Source: Microcoleus sp. (GTDB taxonomy: Bacteria; Cyanobacteriota; Cyanobacteriia; Cyanobacteriales; Microcoleaceae). From it: 64,000 nucleotides of DNA. Positions 62,239 to 64,000 of the stretch are shown one piece after another. The notes beneath the pieces were generated by a model. The model saw nothing but the letters and a program-made list of their open reading frames with translations, did not search any database and was not told the DNA's origin. A program made the position numbers and the translations under genes. The stretch is taken from assembly GCA_052279835.1 (NCBI GenBank), contig CP181291.1, positions 4,096,001-4,160,000 of the forward strand, given 5' to 3'. The number at the start of each line of letters is the position of its first letter. Position 1 is the first letter of the stretch.

Positions 62239-62607
62239 CTATCCTAACTTGCGGAGTTTGCTAAGGAGAGTTTGGTATTTTTGAACTGCATCCGGTTTGG
62301 GTTCTAGATTTTCGCCTCCTAAAGTTTTGAGAATTTCCAAACAGCGCCCGCAGCGCTTCCCTTCCCGGCAAGTGCACTCGTCAATTATACTCAAAAGTTT
62401 GCCTGTTAGCAATTGATTCTGCGCCAATAAGGCTTGGTAATTTTGCTGAATTGATTCTGTAACTAAAGTCATGTGCTGGCACATTTCTGTGAGACTTTCA
62501 ATGTCGTTTATAGAATCGGCTCGAATTTGTTCTATCAGCTCTAAATTTGCTCTCAAACGGCTCTCCATCAGATGCGATGGGTTTTGGATGTTCGTTATTT
62601 TCGGCAT
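62239..62607 (-). CDS. Hypothetical protein, coiled coil plus CxC-x4-CxxC motif
   Basis: ECTCREGKRCGRC. Confidence 0.65.
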   Translation of the reverse strand: MPKITNIQNPSHLMESRLRANLELIEQIRADSINDIESLTEMCQHMTLVTESIQQNYQALLAQNQLLTGKLLSIIDECTCREGKRCGRCLEILKTLGGENLEPKPDAVQKYQTLLSKLRKLG

Positions 62608-62624
62608 CGGTTCAAATTAGTAAT

Positions 62625-62669
62625 AATCTAGGGAAAGGGCGAGATATAATCGCGCCCTTTCCCTAGATT
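62625..62669. terminator. Strong intra-operon hairpin
   Basis: 17-bp perfect stem AATCTAGGGAAAGGGCG / CGCCCTTTCCCTAGATT. Confidence 0.65.
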
Positions 62670-63370
62670 TAGAACAAGTCGGCAGTTGATTTATCTTGGG
62701 CGGCTGGCAGTGAGATAGCGCCGTTAGAGTTTAAAGAAAGGGCATCATTTTCACCGTTAGCATGGGCCGCCATCAAACAGGCAACTTCCTGGGGAGGGAG
62801 ATTGTCCAAACAGATCATTTGCCGCGTTCCTTCCAAATCTATCATCCGAGATTGATTGCTCATATCGGACAATACTGCGGCGGCTTGGTCGATGATTACC
62901 CAGTCTTTGCGCTCAATCCAAGACCATTTTAAGCTGTAGTAATTGATTGGTTTTACTACTCCGCTATCATCTGGTTTTTGACCGGAATGTTTGGTAAATT
63001 CTGGAATGAAGATACCTGTAGCTGGCTCTACTCCGCGAGATTGAACGGAGGCAACTAAGCGGTTAAAATCGTTTAGACTGCGGTTTTTGATGTATGTTAC
63101 CATCACAACTCCTTGGGGTAGTTCGCCACTTTCGGCGACAAACCAGAGTTGACCCCAAAGTGTGTGGGAAGTTTGACCTAAAGTGCCGAAGAATTTGGAG
63201 AATTTGAGGATTGTCATGGAGCATTTGCTACCATAATCGGTATCGCCGATTGTCCACTGTCCGCTTTGACAATTGTTACGAACGGCGATGGGGATTTCTG
63301 GTACTAGCAAAGCGTTGCTAGGTTTAGCGCCAAATACTGAAAATACTGGTCTTTCTTGTATTTTAGTCAT
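62669..63370 (-). CDS. Hypothetical beta-rich protein, possibly a phage/plasmid-type ssDNA-binding protein
   Basis: 233-aa ORF with AAGGA RBS, aromatic-rich strands, flexible tail ending DLF; function is inference. Confidence 0.6.
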   Translation of the reverse strand: MTKIQERPVFSVFGAKPSNALLVPEIPIAVRNNCQSGQWTIGDTDYGSKCSMTILKFSKFFGTLGQTSHTLWGQLWFVAESGELPQGVVMVTYIKNRSLNDFNRLVASVQSRGVEPATGIFIPEFTKHSGQKPDDSGVVKPINYYSLKWSWIERKDWVIIDQAAAVLSDMSNQSRMIDLEGTRQMICLDNLPPQEVACLMAAHANGENDALSLNSNGAISLPAAQDKSTADLF

Positions 63371-63475
63371 TGTCTTTTCCTTTAATTATTGATTTACAGC
63401 AAATTGGGCATTGGGAATCGGGCATTGGGCATTGGGAATAGTTTCTTCCTTCTTCCTTCTTCCTTCTTCCTTCAA

Positions 63476-63742
63476 TTACCTAATGAGATGTTTGGCTTTT
63501 TTTGATTCGGGATATGTGTATTCAAGCATCGCTTCTTGCTGAGCTTTAATTATCCGCAGCGCAGCGAGTAAATGCTCTAACATTTCTAGGTGGGCTGGGG
63601 TGAAGTGGATGCTGAAGCCTTCGCCATCCCTTGCATAACCCGGACATACCAGTGAGGCCGAGTTTTGTTCTTCGTGGGTGGCGATGTATAGCCAGTCGTC
63701 GTCTTCTAGCTTGTAATGGGTGTCTGTCCAGGTTCTCAGCAT
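63476..63742 (-). CDS. Hypothetical protein (88 aa)
   Basis: AAGGAGG RBS upstream of ATG; first gene of the leftward run. Confidence 0.7.
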   Translation of the reverse strand: MLRTWTDTHYKLEDDDWLYIATHEEQNSASLVCPGYARDGEGFSIHFTPAHLEMLEHLLAALRIIKAQQEAMLEYTYPESKKAKHLIR

Positions 63743-63882
63743 TGGCTATCTGTTCCTCCTTGTTTTCTCAGTACAAGCGTTTTGACCGATCGCACTTATG
63801 ATTGTTTTGACCATTCACAGGCTGTATCTAGCGTGTTGTGTCTTCGTTTTTGGGCTTTTTACTCTACCTGTATGGCTTTTGT

Positions 63883-63973
63883 GTTGACTAAACCGTCAAC
63901 TAAATTTAGTCTAGCCTATGTTGATTTTCCCGTCAAGTGTTTTGTTGAATTTTTCATCAAAACAGGCTAGAAT
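63883..63973. promoter_or_regulatory. Back-to-back sigma70 promoters with three TTGA-N8-TCAA operators
   Basis: Leftward TTGACG-17-TAGACT (63936-63908); rightward TTGAAT-17-TAGAAT (63945-63973); palindromes at 63884-63899, 63921-63936, 63945-63960. Confidence 0.7.
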
Positions 63974-64000
63974 GCTTGGAGGGAGGCGAAAAACCGTGGA

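Noticed and set aside
63770..63783. LexA box AGTACAAGCGTTTT before the 88-aa gene
   Set aside because: It has two mismatches to RGTACNNNDGTWCB and lies about 120 bp downstream of the predicted promoter; possible but unsupported

Overview
A 64-kb chromosomal window from a filamentous cyanobacterium. Abundant HIP1 (GCGATCGC) octamers, heptamer STRR repeats and REP/MITE elements suggest an Oscillatoriales/Microcoleaceae-like host (inference). Core genes include rlmB, pgeF, hppD, pstSCAB with a 4-repeat Pho box, ubiD, nusB-ftsY, argH, coaX, flv3-flv1, a diguanylate cyclase and a DXCF-type cyanobacteriochrome kinase. There are three accessory blocks. (1) 24-29.7 kb: Uma2, an AbrB/Doc toxin-antitoxin pair, a TRADD-N-like pentapeptide protein with its 2TM partner, and three tandem XRE-HTH genes with diversified recognition helices facing a small basic gene across one palindromic operator. 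(2) 50.6-59.7 kb: a Trypco1-like gene, a caspase-nSTAND1-TM-WD40 gene split by an IS630, and a C1 peptidase. (3) 60-64 kb: five co-oriented genes of unknown function (possible SSB-like protein, Cys4 protein, two paralogous coiled-coil proteins) behind back-to-back promoters overlapped by three TTGA-N8-TCAA operators. Three orphan IS200/IS605 omega-RNA/right-end modules occur without tnpB. Three small indels (pstB, ubiD, Calx-beta gene) may be assembly errors. No tRNA, rRNA or CRISPR array was seen. All family calls are by motif recognition, not database search.
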